A DNA stretch of 64,000 nucleotides, taken from NCBI GenBank assembly GCA_000934665.2, contig JYFJ02000248.1:62001-126000 (forward strand), in the 5' to 3' direction. The number at the start of each line of letters is the position of its first letter. Position 1 is the stretch's first letter. Below, piece after piece: positions 62,401 through 64,000 of this stretch. The stretch comes from Catajapyx aquilonaris. Taxonomy: Eukaryota. Position numbers and translations under genes: made by a program. The notes under the pieces were generated by a model. It did not search any database. It had not been told where the DNA came from and worked only from the letters and a program-made list of their open reading frames with translations.

Positions 62401-64000
62401 AATTAATCGTGACAAGTTGGGTGGCGGAACGATATTCTGCTTTCGATCTGTACTGCAATGAATATTTCATAACACCCCGTTGATGGGGTCACCCGATGCC
62501 AATTGATCAACATTGAAGGCGTGAATACAATACCAAATGAAAGCATATTGAAACATCACCGTTAATGATCTTCATCATTAAATTGAATCAAATAATTCGC
62601 ATTCGATGCTATATGGGCCAATTTCCCAGCATCTGACCGCCCTTAATTGCCTTCAACCGCAAAGTGACCCTTTGCTTTCATGACCATAACCGCCGAACGA
62701 AAGTGCTGCATCGACAATGCTAGCCCAAAGCAGCTCACCTGCACCCAAAGACCGCAATCACAATCACAACATTTTAATCGCCAAGATTAAATGCACCATG
62801 AGGTCATTCGAGCTTGGTGAAAGCAGACCACTCTTATAAACCCACCTTTCTCCGAGGCAGAATAGTCGGACACTTAATAATTAACGTGCACTTTAGCATA
62901 TAGATTGCAGCAGTAACACGTCTCAAAAATGTTTTTCGCAGTCATGTGAGAGTGAAAAGTACTTGCAATGAGACATATATCACTTTTTGAAGAAGAAGAA
63001 GAGTGGGTCACTATATGGCTGACTGAGAAACATGGGCGTTGGCGGTCGAGTTATCTGCTGCTGGTTGTTGTCTTCCTTTTTGGTATCATTATTTTTAGCC
63101 AAAGGTAGATCCTAGTAGGTACAATGAGGCCGTGACCAAACGGAGATGATTCAAAACTGGCCTGCTGGGTTCGGTGGACTGGAAAAAAAGAACGGGGTTT
63201 GTTTTAGCAGTATGTCACTATTCTGAGTTACGTCATGAGAAATGCATTGTCTTGGAAGGAAAGGCCCACTAATTGTTTGCACAGCCATCTGGTAGGTGAC
63301 AAGTCTTCATACACATGTGGCTGTACAGGGTAAAAGACTGTTACTCACCAGGATGTCAAAATACCGTGAGAACTCTTAATTTTATAGCCATTTAATTAAG
63401 CGACTATCATTAATAAAAACACCCACCTGAGTAGACTTTGTCATAGCAGTTGCGATCCGCACCTATTGTGGAGATGATTTAAATCACTGAGATGTAGCTC
63501 GGCCTCCTGAAGCAAGTGTTTAACTCACATAACATAACGAAACCAGTTACATCCACACAAATAATGACCAGTTCTTCCTGCAAAACTGCATTTAGTTCTA
63601 TGTCCAGAAAAACAATGAGGTCGTTAAAAAAATTATCTCTTGTACACAGATAACACTTGTGGCGTTCCGGAAGAATGTTTCGTTAGGTCAGTGTGTTAAT
63701 ACGCTAACTAAATTTATTGGCATAAAATATTTAATTTTTTAGGTATGGAAGTAGAATTTAAGTGAGCCGCCTTTTACAGTATCCTGTGTCAGTCACGGTC
63801 GTCCCTTTTTACGACTTTCACGGTGAGAAATGGTCGCGCCTGGATGGCACTTAATCAAGCATTTTCGATGTTTTATGAGCATTCTAAGCATCCCGAGACA
63901 AGAAGCATTTTTTACTGCATAGAAAGCATGGAATGACAGTCGTTATTAAGGTTTAAGATCTACTTGGAGAAGATTTAGAACCACGACCAGTTCCCAATAA

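Overview
This is an intron-rich animal genomic window, most likely arthropod: the Iav and NUAK proteins are insect-like, the introns are short, and the FAAH1-type amidases hint at a non-insect. Bases 1-24.2 kb hold a head-to-tail array of six amidase-signature, FAAH-like genes on the + strand. Copy 1 is cut by the window edge; copies 2-6 have 12 exons each. Copies 2-5 are near-identical mosaics, while copies 1 and 6 form a more divergent type. The array meets the TRPV channel gene inactive (iav, 25369-29852, - strand) tail-to-tail. iav has 12 coding exons, one GC-AG intron and an RFX X-box/forkhead promoter signature. Next are a very large NUAK/ARK5-family kinase gene (32292-46980, -, about 2215 aa by my exon join) and a two-exon C2H2 zinc-finger gene (51843-53255, -). 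The last ~10.5 kb has no coding sequence I can support. Main observations: a Ser/Thr->Asp change beside the catalytic motif in three FAAH copies, with hypervariable substrate-pocket segments; a copy 6 lacking the N-terminal membrane anchor; back-to-back perfect hairpins and TA-footprints revealed by comparing paralogous spacers; a V-domain SINE; and a U2 snRNA 5' fragment beside the zinc-finger gene's poly(A) region. All exon joins were made by eye, and no database searches were run.
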